Assembly: GCF_006345805.1 (NCBI RefSeq)
Contig: NW_021831989.1
Coordinates: 248,001-312,000 of the forward strand
Origin: Octopus sinensis
Lineage: Eukaryota
Length of the DNA: 64,000 nucleotides
Direction: 5' to 3'
Shown: positions 1 to 12,189 of the stretch, in pieces
Layout: every line of letters begins with the position of its first letter
Position numbering within the stretch: position 1 is the first letter of the stretch
Program-made: the position numbers and the translations under genes
The notes under the pieces: model-generated
Database searches by the model: none
What the model saw: only the letters and a program-made list of their open reading frames with translations
What the model was told of the DNA's origin: nothing

Positions 1-1143
1 CCATATGAGACAAGTCGTCTTCTCTGGCCAAGACACAGCCAAGTAACCTCCCTTCTCCAATTGGAGACTCCTCGACTACACAACCGTGGCTGATATATTC
101 AAAATGAAACCAGGGACATGTCAGTACACTGCCATGTTAAACAAGGAGGCGGGAATTATTGATGACCTCATCATTTCTAAGGACGAAGAACATCTCTTCT
201 ATGCTGTCCTTAACTGCTCACAGGCAGAGACTGACATTACCCACCTGAAGGCATATTTTATTTATTTTATTAATTTAAAAAATATATTAAATATTTAGAA
301 TATTTCTAATGAAAATAAATGGAATGTAAATATACAAGAACTTGATGCTTCTTTGCTGGCTATCCAAGGTAATCAAGTTTTGGCGGGAATTTCAAGGTCC
401 TTACTCACAGGAGTGTCTCCAGAGGGGTTTGGATATAAATTTGAGTAATCTTCTGTTCATGCAGTGTGTCCCCTCAGTGACTGCATTCGGTATTCCCGAT
501 TGTAGGGTTTCCCGCGTTGGGTACACCGGAGAAGACGGATTTGAGGTTTTTTAAGTTTTTTATTGAAGTTGATGGTCCCTTGTGAGTCAGCGGAGTTTGT
601 GGTTTCACAAATCCTCGACTATTCTAAAGACGGTCAAAAAACAGGACTAGTCGGGTTGGGGGCTCGTGATTACCTCCGAATTGAGGCTGGGCTGTGTTTA
701 TATGGAAATGAACTCAATGACGTCACAAACATCAAAGAAGCCGGTCTCTCATGGATTTTGAGTAAGTCACGTGCCGAAATTAGAACCCGCCAAACTGGAG
801 GCCGAGTCTTTTCTCGGATGGGAAAAAATGAAGGAAATTAATAAAAACCCTCCAAAAAAGACCCGGAAAGGATTGATATCTGAGAAGGGGACTCCCCTGC
901 TGAGAGGTAGTGTTGGTAGGGGGATTGCCAGGGGGGACTAGTCTATACACCCAGTGTGGGAGGAGAGTGGGATATGCCACTAGTTCGTGTAGTAGTAGGT
1001 ATTTGGATGCGAATATATCGATGGGATATGTGGAGTGTGGTGTTAAGTCCAGGGTTGTATTTGAGGTTAGAGGAAGGCAATATGAGGCTACTGTGGTTAA
1101 ATTGCCATTTATTGTTCCTCGTTATTATAATTTTGTTTGTTGA
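1..1143 (+). CDS. AMT: Glycine cleavage system T protein (aminomethyltransferase); 5' end lies outside the window; 6 introns
   Basis: Spliced reading gives [51 protein letters not shown] and [11 protein letters not shown]. Introns are 22-28 nt GT-AG plus a 48-nt GC-AG intron at 251-298. Confidence 0.95.
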
Positions 1144-1246
1144 CTGATAATCATATTTTTGAATAGTATTTAATTAAATTGATTTAATAATAATAAATAT
1201 TTAGTGGTAAGGCAGTATATTGTTGTTGTATAAAAGTTTGTTTGTG

Positions 1247-2727
1247 ATGAAACTTTTAGTGGTGGGGAACAAGTCCTGGTTTTTTAATCGTCGAATTTTT
1301 GGAAACAAAAAACGAAGCACAATCAACGAAGCAGAAAAACAAAAGCCAAAAAAGGGAAATGTATTCTGCAAAATAACATTTCTGGACGGAACTGAAATCT
1401 GTTGTGAACAACGTGTAATATTTCCCTCCATTTAATTTAAATAAGAAAAAGTGCCTTGGAATTGATTTGATTGAATTAGCCATCTACCATTTGGACTTGA
1501 TAGAGAAGGACTACTTCGGACTGCAGTTTGTGGACTCGGACAACGTAAAGAGATGGCTCGACCCACTGAAAACACTCTCCCACCAATGGAAGAGCAAATC
1601 TCTCTTTGACCTCAACTTTGTAGTCAAATTCTACCCTTCCGAGCCCAACAAGATGCGAGAGGAGTGCACTCGGTGGGCTATTTGTGGGTGTTGTAGATAT
1701 CAGGTTTATCTCCAGCTAAAAAACGACCTTTTCACGGGCAAATTGGAATGTGGGCAGGACGTGGCTGTGGAATTGTCGGCTCTTGTTCTCCAATGTAACC
1801 AAAATTATTATTTTAGCCGAATTGGGTGATTTTAACAGGAAAAATCATTCTCTTGGAAATATTTCTGAATTTCGGTTTGTGCCCAACCAAAGTGAACAAT
1901 TTGAGAGACTTGTTTATGACGTTTTCCGGACATATCGGTTGGAATATTGGCAGAATTGCAGTGGTTTGACTCCCGAACATGCCGAATTGGCATTTCTGAA
2001 TAAATGCAAGTATTTGGACATGTATGGAGTGGATTTACATAATGTGATCGGCTGTGATGACAACGAATACTTACTTGGGCTTACTCCTTCAGGAATTCTT
2101 ATTTTTGAACGTCAGGAGAAGATTGGTTTGTTTTTTTGGTATTTTTTATTTGTGTGATGTTAGGCCGACTATTCGACGTTTGGACTTTCGGTCACATAAA
2201 CTGATTATTGTCATTGTGGACGAACATGATGGAGTTGAACTTTTGGAATGTTTTTTAGGTTAAGAGTGAGCTTAAATTTGTTTTCCGAACTTCCCGGGCT
2301 ACTGCCTGTAAACAGCTTTGGAGGTCTGCGATTGAACACCACGCTTTCTTCCGTTTGAAGAATACGGCCGATGTCAAAAAATCGCGGTCGATTAATTCTA
2401 GGCTTGGGTCTCGGTTTCGATTTAGGTGTAGTGGTTATTTGACATTGCAGTGGACGGACTGAGTATCAGACAGCGGCGGAGAATACTTTTAGGAGAAGTG
2501 TCCATTTTGTGAGGAGACCATCGCGGAGATATCCACGGAGGGAGTTGTTTCAGGAGGGGCAGTTGAATTCGACAGTTTCGAGTTCAGTGGGACAAGGATC
2601 AAGACAGGAGTTAAGGACAGAGCAGAACAGTCGTTGGAGTGACTTGAGGGATTATTCTGGTGACTGTAATTTGAAGGCGAAGGCGGCTATTCGTGCTTTG
2701 GATGATATTCTGGGAGAGTTGGTGTGA
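1247..2727 (+). CDS. EPB41L5: FERM-domain protein, EPB41L5/EPB41L4B (yurt) type, with FERM-adjacent domain
   Basis: Motifs [81 protein letters not shown] and [10 protein letters not shown] across about 7 short introns. The start codon is the least certain part. Confidence 0.85.
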
Positions 2728-3005
2728 TAATTTGATTTTACCAAATAAAATTTATATTTCTCATGAATTTAGTTATTTTAAGTAAAAGCCAATAACATTG
2801 ATTTGTATATTAATTATTGAATACAAATTTAGTTCTTGTTGTACGTTGGCAAATGCACTTTAGTAGTGATCGATTGCTTGCGGCTGTTGAGTTTAATTGA
2901 TTTGCTTTTATAAACAGTTGCTAATAAGAAAGGCGTAGTTTTGTAAGTCTTGGTTCGTACGCAATAGGTGACATCATAATCATTATTTGTTTTAATTTTC
3001 AGTGG

Positions 3006-3498
3006 ATGAGTGCTCACCTATCGAAGGTTGAAATAGGTACTCCACACCATGTTTACTCTTAGATGAAGAAAAGATCAAAAAACCCATGTCGGATTCCATC
3101 TTTTATATCCCAAACAGTACATTTTATATACCAACTTTTAGTTCCAATCAGCCATGGCATCCCAAACTACTCAATGATGCCATTTGAGCAGATACACTAC
3201 CAACAGCAACCACAGGAGAATAAACATCCAATAATCAGGCATGGCAGTCCACAAGATAACTCTGAGGACGTCATTAAAAAGAGAGAAATTAGATTAATCA
3301 AAAATCGGTTTATTTCTATCTTCTTAAGTCTTTATCAGCGAGGCGGCCAGGGAATGTCGTCGGAAGAAGAAGGAGTATGTTTCCTGCTTGGAAAACCGAG
3401 TCAAGTTGTTGGAAACTCAAAACAAAACTTTGATAGAGGAATTACGGAACATGAAAATGCACTATCAGCAACTGATTGAAAACAAAAAAGAATTTTAA
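3006..3498 (+). CDS. CREB/CREM-family bZIP factor of about 136 aa with no KID domain (ICER-like size)
   Basis: After removing 3 GT-AG introns: SPQDNSEDVIKKREIRLIKNREAARECRRKKKEYVSCLENRVKLLETQNKTLIEEL, the canonical CREB basic region and zipper. Confidence 0.9.
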
Positions 3499-3840
3499 TT
3501 AAAAAATATTTTTGTATATTTATAATTTTGTGATGAATAAATTATGAATTTAATTTCCATTTTTCATTAAAAACACATTTTACGTGTTTCCTTGATATTA
3601 TTTATTACCCAACCGTGTTTAATTTGTACTTTTTTGGGTGTGGTGAAATGAAATGTGGTCTTAGCTTGGTTGTGAAATTGTCTCAGTTTATTTAGAAGAG
3701 TTCATTTAAAAAATTGTCATTCAGAGTTATTAAAGATGTTTTTGTTTTTGACGTAAAAAGTTGTTCAGATGTCAAATTAAAATACTATTATTGAATCCTA
3801 TGTCAAAAACTACTATAAAACATACAAATAAATAATTACT

Positions 3841-4282
3841 TGTCTAAACCGGATCCTGACGGGACAGTAAAAATCATCCGGTTTATCGAGGTTACCTCCA
3901 GATTGGCACTTTTAACAGCAAGAGTTTTGTCAGGTAAGGCACGGAAATAAAGTCCAGTCTTGTCACAATCAAAGATGTCCTCATTCGATACAGTGCCAGT
4001 TGGCTTAGGTCTTAATTTTATTGTGGATTGATAGCTCTTTGAGTAGAACTTTATAGTAAAACTTATTAGCTTTTAAATTTATTATTTCTTAATTTTTGAA
4101 AATAGCAGTTATCAAGAGCCGTTGGGACTTGACATAACGGCCGGTTTTCCGAGTATAGAGGGTGCGGAAAATTTTATATTGAAAAAGATTGTAAAAAATA
4201 GGACCGGAGAAAACGGCCGGTATAGGGAGAGATTCTGTATTTCCGTGTTTTACCTGAAATCGGCTTAGACAAGTTTCACTGT
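3841..4282 (-). mobile_element. Tigger/pogo DNA transposon remnant
   Basis: The minus strand reads EDIFDCDKTGLYFRALPDKTLAVK, matching the pogo DDE motif DIFNxDETGL. A terminal-repeat-like sequence (reverse complement cagtgaaacttgtctaagccg) lies at 4260-4282 and a related tgtctaaaccgg at 3841. Confidence 0.6.
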
Positions 4283-5157
4283 TTATATTTTTTAGTTCTA
4301 ATTTTTAAATTTTACTTTACAAATAATAATGACGTGTTTCCGTTGCTATGCCGAAAAGAATTTCTGTCAAAGACAAATTAGAGATTGCGAAGGTCTTAAA
4401 AAACTAAAAAAAAGAGACATATTAAACAAATTCAAGACAAACAAAGAGAATATTTCTAGAATCAATCAAGACATTTATAATTTTGATTGATGTGAATTTT
4501 CTGATCTCTTTAGAGAACCTGATACTAGTGATAAACATGGGCAAGGTTGTTTTTACTTCATTTCGAAGGTAATAATTAAATATGTCTAAATTTCAACTTT
4601 TTTAAACAATTTTTGGTAGAAAAAATTAATGCGACAGATCAATGTTAGAAAATTTTTCTTGGAATTTATGATCCGGAAGCTTATTCTATTAAGGATATGA
4701 GACTGGATTATTTGTAGACAAAATCCGACTGTAAATCCTTTGTAGAGTTAACAGATACATTCTGATTTTTTTTCTCTCCTTTTCCCCAATGATTTGCTGG
4801 TGTCAAAAAATAAAAAATTATCGTTTTCTTTGAACTAATTCAATTGGTGAAAAAATGAAATGGATTTTCCGAATGGGATGTCGAGCCTCCCAGCGTTTAT
4901 TTGTCCGCGCTAGAATAGAAAAAACTACAAGAAAAGAGTAACAAGAGACTTCCTTTTATTTAATGAAAAATAATTAACTTTCGTGTTCTCTTGATTTTAA
5001 AAAATTGTGTGGCTGGCACAAGGAACGCTTAGGCACTTGGGTGTCTATGTCTTACAGGTAGTGCGCTATTTTTAAGTTAGTGACGTGGATAGTACTTAAC
5101 AAATTAAACAAATAAAAAAATCATTAAAAAGAAACCAAAACTAAATAACGTCAATCA

Positions 5158-5917
5158 TTAAAGCACATTTCGAGGAACGAAACCCTTTCTAAACGTGCCT
5201 GCTCGTCTCCTTCCAAAGAGATTACGAACAATATCAATAACATTTTTAGCTGTTTTCTCCACATCCTCAGGAGTCCCGATTTTGGGGTTAAACTCGACCA
5301 CATCAAGTTCAGTAACAAGATCTAGCCCATTAAGCTACTCTTATACTCGTTTTACTGAGTTCCTCTGCAATGTACAGTGCCTCTCGCATTGTTAGACCGT
5401 GAATGACTATATTTTTAAGTTTTAATTCGAATACTGGCAGTCCCTGTTGATGGGATGAAAGGGTCGAGTGAATCAATATCCCAGCTCACATGTATCGGTC
5501 GATCACGACTAAAAAATTATAAATTATTTAATAAAATTTACTTTGAATTGATGTGGTCTATTGCTATGTAAGGACTTTTTGAACATTTGTCTACAAATTA
5601 ATATCAAGAATAAGATACGACTCAAGAGAGTAATCTTTGTTCTTGGAACGTCTGTTCGCTGTAATCCGAGAAAATGACTTTGCTATTTACGAGGCTGGTC
5701 GAGCGCCTTGTAAAGCCATTAACTAGATTAACTCTCTCGTGTCCCAATAAATATCCATTCCAATTTTCGAGTAAATTATACCACTCAATCGATTTAATCT
5801 AATTTAGCTAAGAACGTCAATAAGCATATCAAGTTGCAAAAGGTAGGCTGCAAATAAATTAAAATTAGTGTATAGACTATAATTACACAATTTGAACTTT
5901 TTTAGGCTGTATCTCAT
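5158..5917 (-). pseudogene. Arginase-family relic: intact C-terminal third, degenerate or truncated N-terminal part
   Basis: Spliced C-terminal exons read AIDHINSNRDRPIHVSWDIDSLDPFIPSTGTAIIHGLTMREALYIAEELSKT...ELDVVEFNPKIG, containing the SxDxDxxDP ureohydrolase motif. Upstream sequence is only weakly colinear and has no GGDH. Confidence 0.7.
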
Positions 5918-6009
5918 CCGAGCAAAAAACTATTTTTATCTAAGTTTTATGATCAGTTTAATTTCGCTATTGGAAAGTAATTTTATTGAGAAAAATATTA
6001 AAAAATATG

Positions 6010-6451
6010 TCAATTGAGGCCGAGACGTCCGATTTGAAAGTTCTTCAGAATGGCAAAAGCATTAAGCCATGGGTGGGTCTAGTTTATGTCAGTTGAGTTC
6101 AACTTGTTCAAACATCTTAGTAGCATCCCCCCCGGCCACACTCATAAGTTCATCAACTCCCCCCGGATGGTACTCCAAATAGTCAGTAAGGTCAAAAACA
6201 ACACCTTTTAATACTTTTTAATAACAAACCTCTCAGAGATATCCAAACGTCTTCACAAGTACAATGAGTGGACAATTCCTGTGGGGTAATTACCCTTAAC
6301 TGGCGAGACTGAGCTTCCAATGCTTTTTTGGATGAGAAAGCAACCCAGTCCATAATTGATTTATTTGGCTTCAAAGGCGGTATCTGCACAAAATAAGCAA
6401 TTAAATAACTTTCCGACGTAAATTAGTTTTTTTAGGATTTAATTCGGACAT
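6010..6451 (-). CDS. Small cytochrome b5-like heme-binding protein (equivalent to the CYB5R4 N-terminal domain only; Irc21/RLF-like architecture)
   Basis: PLKPNKSIMDW, EDVWISLRG, VFDLTDYLEYHPGGVDELM, THPWLNAFAILKNFQIGRL. Three short introns; the stop follows directly after the b5 domain. Confidence 0.85.
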
Positions 6452-6569
6452 GTTTAGTTTTCAGAGCAAAATAATATCATAGAATAGACACAACAAAGGC
6501 AAATAAATTGATAAATTTATTTAACATTAAATTTATTAAATAAAAAATTGTATCTATGCATTATTTATA

Positions 6570-8467
6570 ATGGACTATTTGGAGTCGCAATTCGAAAAAG
6601 AAGCAAATCTCGTTCTACAAAAACTCGATCGTCTGTCCAATCTCCGACCACTAAAAATATCGGGGATTCCCAGTCCATCTGAGAAGATCATAGTTACCGA
6701 AGAATTTATAGATCATGCATCTCAGACAGAAAATTCTGATTTGATCAGTCTTGAAACTATGACTAAAAAAGTGGAAATTTTAGAAAAAGTTCTTTAAAAA
6801 TAAAAACTTCCATAGGAAGTTGTTTGTCTAAATGACCGACTCTATGAAGCAAGACATATGACTCAATGTCACTACGATAAAAAATTAGAAGAAAAGAAAA
6901 GAGAAATGTTTGTAAAACGAATATTATATTTAGTATCGAATTTTACGATTATACCGCATTTTATGAAGAAAAAAATCATCAAAAAGTTTTTTAATGTATT
7001 TTTGTATTGTAGCATCTTGAAAATGTCAGACGCGCTTACAAATGTGAATTTGCACAAAAATTTGCACAAAATTCTTTGGAAAAATACGTTTTTACCAAAA
7101 TATTTAAAAATAGAAAAAAGAAGTCATTGAATTAAAAAGAAAGCTAACCCAAGAGGCAGTGAGAACTCGAGAATTCCAACTTGAAAACCGAGAATTAAAA
7201 GAACAAATAAAAACTACCAAACAAGAAAATGACGAATTGTTTGACAAAATTAAAGAAATTAAAGAAGTTGACCACTCAATTTCAAATTTAGGAGAAAACT
7301 TGTATTCCACAGGAAATAAAACAAAGAATTTTTGACCTGGAAACTCGGATTGAAGATCTAGAAAACGAGAAAATCAATCTGAAATCAAAAAGCTCAAATA
7401 AAATTGTAAATAGACGATTCTCACAAAGTAGTCTAAATTGAAGGAAAAACTCGAAATTGAACAAATATTTGCAAATAAGGTTTATTAGTTGTCCAATCAC
7501 TTTTGTAGTTGAAGGTTGAAAACGAGGAAACTGCAGCCAAGTTTAAGTTGCTTCAGGTTTTTGGATAAATTGAAATTTTAAGCAAACTTCGGAAAAACTT
7601 GAACAAGATTTTGAGGAATGCAAAATGAAATTAAAAAATCAAGAACAATTTTTAGAGCAAGTGGACATTCAAAAAAAGGAAAAATATCATATATGACGTT
7701 CTAGGAAATAAAAATGCTAAATGAAAAATTAAATGAGAAAAAAGAGAACGATGAAGCCAAAGTTTTTTCTTTCTGAAGTATTTTAGGCGATAGTTCTAAT
7801 AAATGAACTCAAAAACTCACATCAACAAAAAATAGAACAACTGGAAATGACAATCAAATCAAAAACGGAAGCCATTGACTCAATTCTGGAAAAATTGACT
7901 TGTGAACAGCAACACTCAAAAGACATGTCGGAGCAGATCAGTGTCCTCACTGGAAAACTAGAAAACGCAAATTCATCTTTAAGGTGTTAGCTACTCGTAG
8001 AATTATAGAGCTGCACAAGAACGGCCAGAAAAGATTAATGAGTCAGGGGAATGGAGAACAAAGTATTCAATTCTCCATAAAAAGTCAAAATTCAATTTCA
8101 TATTTAGCTACATAAAGTTGAAAGATGAATTTTTTACACGTGAAAAAATGCTGATGAGAGCTGCCTCTCTCAAACACCACTCTATTCAACTTCAGGTGAA
8201 TGTTACACATTTTGAGACTTAGAAGTGCGTTTCGAGAGCGAGTGAAGGCCTCGTTCAAGGACAAGTTTAAATATTGTTTTTAAGCCTAGTTTTTTACCGG
8301 AACACATTTCGCTGGCTCGAAAAATTATTCGTCAACTAGGGATGAAGTTTTTGACACAAGCTTTTCAGGTAATGTTTCTATATTTTATTTGTGTTATTTT
8401 AAAAATGTAACTATAATCATAGATGATGGAGATTACTAAAAACAACTTTTTTCTTTATTTTAAATAA
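6570..8467 (+). CDS. Coiled-coil protein, C10orf67 (DUF4709/DUF4724)-like; about 12 short introns; 3' end approximate
   Basis: DHASQTENSDLISL near the N-terminus, HLENVRRAYKCEF, long heptad regions and LHKLKDEFFTREKMLMRAASL near the C-terminus resemble C10orf67 segments as I recall them. Not searched. Confidence 0.55.
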
Positions 8468-8690
8468 AATACTACCCGTTTAACCTAATTTAAAATATCA
8501 GGTAAATTAGATAACTTTTTATGAAAAGCAAAAATATCTACTAAAATTACTGATTCGAAAGTTTAAAAAAATTTGGTTGAGAAGTATTCTGACTAAAAGA
8601 ATACAAATTGAGTAATTTTTGTCAATTTTTTATGATTTATTTATTAAATGTTTGAAATCTAATTTTGATTAAAAATAAGAATTAGTTATT

Positions 8691-9429
8691 TTAATATCGT
8701 TCAATTCTTTCTTTTTTATCCAAATAATATTTTTCATAAATTTGATTTGACTTTTGGTAACATTGATTATCAAGCCAATTTTGATCTGAAATTTTAGGCC
8801 AATGTATATTGGCATAAATTCCATAGTTATCAGCAATCGGGGGAATTCCATAAAAATTTTGGTAATCAGAAGACTGAACGCCGTTATCCACAGAACAATA
8901 GGGGACGTTGGAATAAGATTGATTAGAGTTAGCATATGGATCAGTGAAGTAGGAATAATAATTCTGATTATACATATTAAAATTTCCTCGACATATATAG
9001 TTGATTTCGGGCTGAAAACGAGAAACGTGGTCCGGATTACTAATTAATTGAGATTTGTTTGGTTCTTGTATATATAAAGGTTCATCTCGTGTTTTGGTCT
9101 CAGTTCTCTGATAATTTGATCGAATGCAATTGTTAGATTTTAATTTCAGGTCGTTCCGAACTTTCATTCTTCTGTTCTTGAACCAAACCTTTAAATAAAA
9201 AACAATAAATAATACCTGGACTTTTTCTACAGGCAATTTTAGTTTTGCCGCTATTTCTTCTCTGAAATATATGTCGGGAAAGTTCGATTCAGAGAAATAT
9301 CTGACCAACGATTCTTTTTGTTCTCTTGAATATGTGATTCGTTGTCTTCTTTTCTTCGAAGGCTTCGAACCACCATTTGGCACATTATTAAAGATGTTTT
9401 GTTCTTGTATTCTATTTTTTAGATTTGAG
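8691..9429 (-). CDS. PRD-class K50 homeodomain protein, Otx-like; first exon probably further upstream
   Basis: KKRRQRITYSREQKESLVRYFSESNFPDIYFREEIAAKLKLPVEKVQ|VWFKNRRMK, with a 27-nt intron at the PRD-class position between residues 46 and 47. An acceptor-like site lies at 9430 and there is an in-frame stop upstream. Confidence 0.8.
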
Positions 9430-10869
9430 CTGAGAAATAATTATCAGAAATAAGAATTTTAAGATTATTATTAATAATTAAGTAAACATAACTAATATAG
9501 TCGTTATAAACCTCGAGCAGTTCGTTTTTTGTTTAGAATCTTTAATCATAATCCAGATTATTCAAGTTTTGCTTATCGAGATTAAAACTTCCGATTAAGT
9601 TGGATTATTTAGCTACGATTTTCTGAATTAAATTTAAGTGAAATAATAAAACGCTACGTACTAAAATAAAGGCGTCTGTGTGGATCAAAGCTAAAATCCA
9701 AAAAATTTTGAAATAACGATAAAAAATCATTTTTTTGCTTCTGATTTTGGTTGGAAAATAACTCAAAGTTCTACATTTTATGAAATTTTAGTTAAAATTA
9801 ATTTTAAAAATGTGATGTAATTAGTTTCCATGACATGCTTTTAGTGTTTAATAAGTCGCTAAATCCATTTTTGAAGTATTAGTGGATTAATCTCTCTACA
9901 CAATAGTTTTAAATACGTTTGTTTGATGCTCTTTATTCACATTCTCAATCTGTCTCAATCGATTAAGACTTTGTCAAAACAAAATCAAAAAATATTCCCA
10001 TATATAAAAGTAATGAGCTATAATTTTAATTAATCAAATAATACTGATTTAATTTTAATGATGATAATCAAAGTTATAACAAATTAATCATATTTAGCAA
10101 ACGCCAATAAATAATATATTTTTTGTTCTAGTTAAATGTTAAAAAATATTTTACCAACTTGTATTTCAATCAAGATACTTAAATTTAGATTTTTGCTATA
10201 AAAATAGTATTCAGAAAAATTTGTATTCAATTAGTTAGAAAGATAATCGTGGTTCCCGTAAATGTTTAGAATATGGTATGCAAACGGTTTATTGGTAGCC
10301 GTTTGTAGAGGTTAGATAAACACGACGGATACATGGAATTTATATATTTTACCTTTTATCTTTATTATGAATAATAGGGAGAAAAATGACTTCTTAATAG
10401 ATACTGATATGTAATCTGAGAGAGCTCTAGTAAGCTATAAAGAAAAGAACAAGGCTTTTAAGATATACAGAAAACAGTAGGAATCGATAATAGTCGATAA
10501 CTGTACGATTTATTCAACTTCAAGTTGGTTTTTTCCCAAATTTAAGGGAATTGATTTTTTTCAATTAAACTGTTATAAATATTAGTGATAAGTTAATACG
10601 TAAAAATCCAACTCTTCACTTCAATAAAACATTACTTATTGTATTATCAATAAAGTGTTGTATTAGAGACAAAAAGATAGAATAAATTTACTTTTAACGA
10701 TTTTTGGTCTTTGAAATTCATATTTCTTCATTTCGTCTTCACAAAAAAGCAAAATGTCTTGCCATTTTGACATTCAGTAATTCGCTTTGTTAATTGGGAT
10801 TTTTCAAAAATAAGATTTTTAGAGCAATTCTCAACCCCGAGGAAGCTAATTTCATATGATCTTATAGCA

Positions 10870-11640
10870 GTGAGGTTTTTGCATTTTAAAACGACGTGCG
10901 TTACTGTGTGTGTCTTCAGTCATGGCAGATTGGACAAGATGGATCGACGTTCTTATCTAGATTGTTTTGATAGTCGAGAAGTAAAGAATGATTTTCACAG
11001 CGAAATCTTGCGAGTTCGACGCGGTCTTTGTAGCTGAGATTCTTTTCAGCTGGGTTTATTCTTTGGATGGGGGATTGTTAAAGAATTATTCGCGGTTAGT
11101 GCGTTCACGAAGGATTTTGTTATTAGTTCTTTTATTTCCGATGGCTTTTTGTTAAAGAATGAGTTTAGGATACGGCAGTAATGGAGTGCTGGTGTGTTTT
11201 TGATGTTCCTGTCAGGGGTTGGTGTTGTTGCGAGATTGTGACTTTGATGGTTTTTGATCATACTCGCTAAGGCGAGGAATTGGGTTTCACAGATGTCGAA
11301 ATGGTCTGCAAGTTTGATCATGTTGGTTTCCTGATGCATATGGTCGGTCTGAATAGACTTCATACAACCCGTGATGATTGTGAGTACTTGGTTTTGGATT
11401 GATTGTAGTTTTTGAAAGTGTGTTTTTGACAGCATAGTCCAATGTTAGAAGAATGTATTGTCTGTATAGGAATATTAAGCATTCCTTCTTTTATCCAAAG
11501 TCTGTTCCGGTGAGTGAGCGGAGTGTATTTTGCATTTGTGAGTTGAGTTTTTAATGTGTTGACAAAATGATAAGGAGGTATCGTATGTTATTCCGAGTAT
11601 TTTGATTTTTTGATGTGGGGAATTTGAATTTTGATTGTAG
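10870..11640 (-). mobile_element. Degenerate non-LTR retrotransposon (RT thumb and C-terminal region)
   Basis: KIKILGITYDTSLSF and KLQSIQNQVLTIITGC...DHMHQETNM are typical post-RT LINE motifs; the frame is broken by shifts and stops. Confidence 0.7.
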
Positions 11641-12189
11641 GAGTGAAATTGGGATACCCCTCTTATTTTGGTCACCTCTCTAATCAGCCAAATCTTAAAA
11701 ATTCTAAGAAATATTTTATTTTCTTATCAATTAGCAAATTCGCAAAATTATTTTTTTATATTTCACAACACTTGTCTTTTATGCAATCAGGTAGTTTTTA
11801 TGCACTTTTTATTTTGAATGAGAAATAAAAACTGACAATTCGATAGATGTTCAATCATTTTTCACATAATTCCGTGACGCATCCAAAAAATATACAAAAA
11901 ATTGAAAGATTGAGTTTCCATAATGATTTGTGCAAATATGATTGAAAACCATAAATTGAAACTTTTGATGGTTTAGAAGTCCAAAAACCTTCAATGTTTT
12001 AAAAATTACGATTGCAAATTTTCCATTTTTTACTACAGTTCAAAACGAGCTTGAATAACCTGGAAGATATTCATAAATTGGCTAATAATTTGTAATTTTA
12101 ATCTAAGATCCAAAAAACAAATTTTACTCCTCATTGCCAACTCTCCTTTGCATTGCATTCCAGAAAATTTGACAAACATCGAAATTATG

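Noticed and set aside
5490-5917. Alternative splice parse giving a short Eaf6/MEAF6-like protein over the arginase 5' region
   Set aside because: Similarity is weak (NWNGYLL; MFKKS), the conserved YxxExxYL motif is absent, and colinearity with arginase explains the same residues better.
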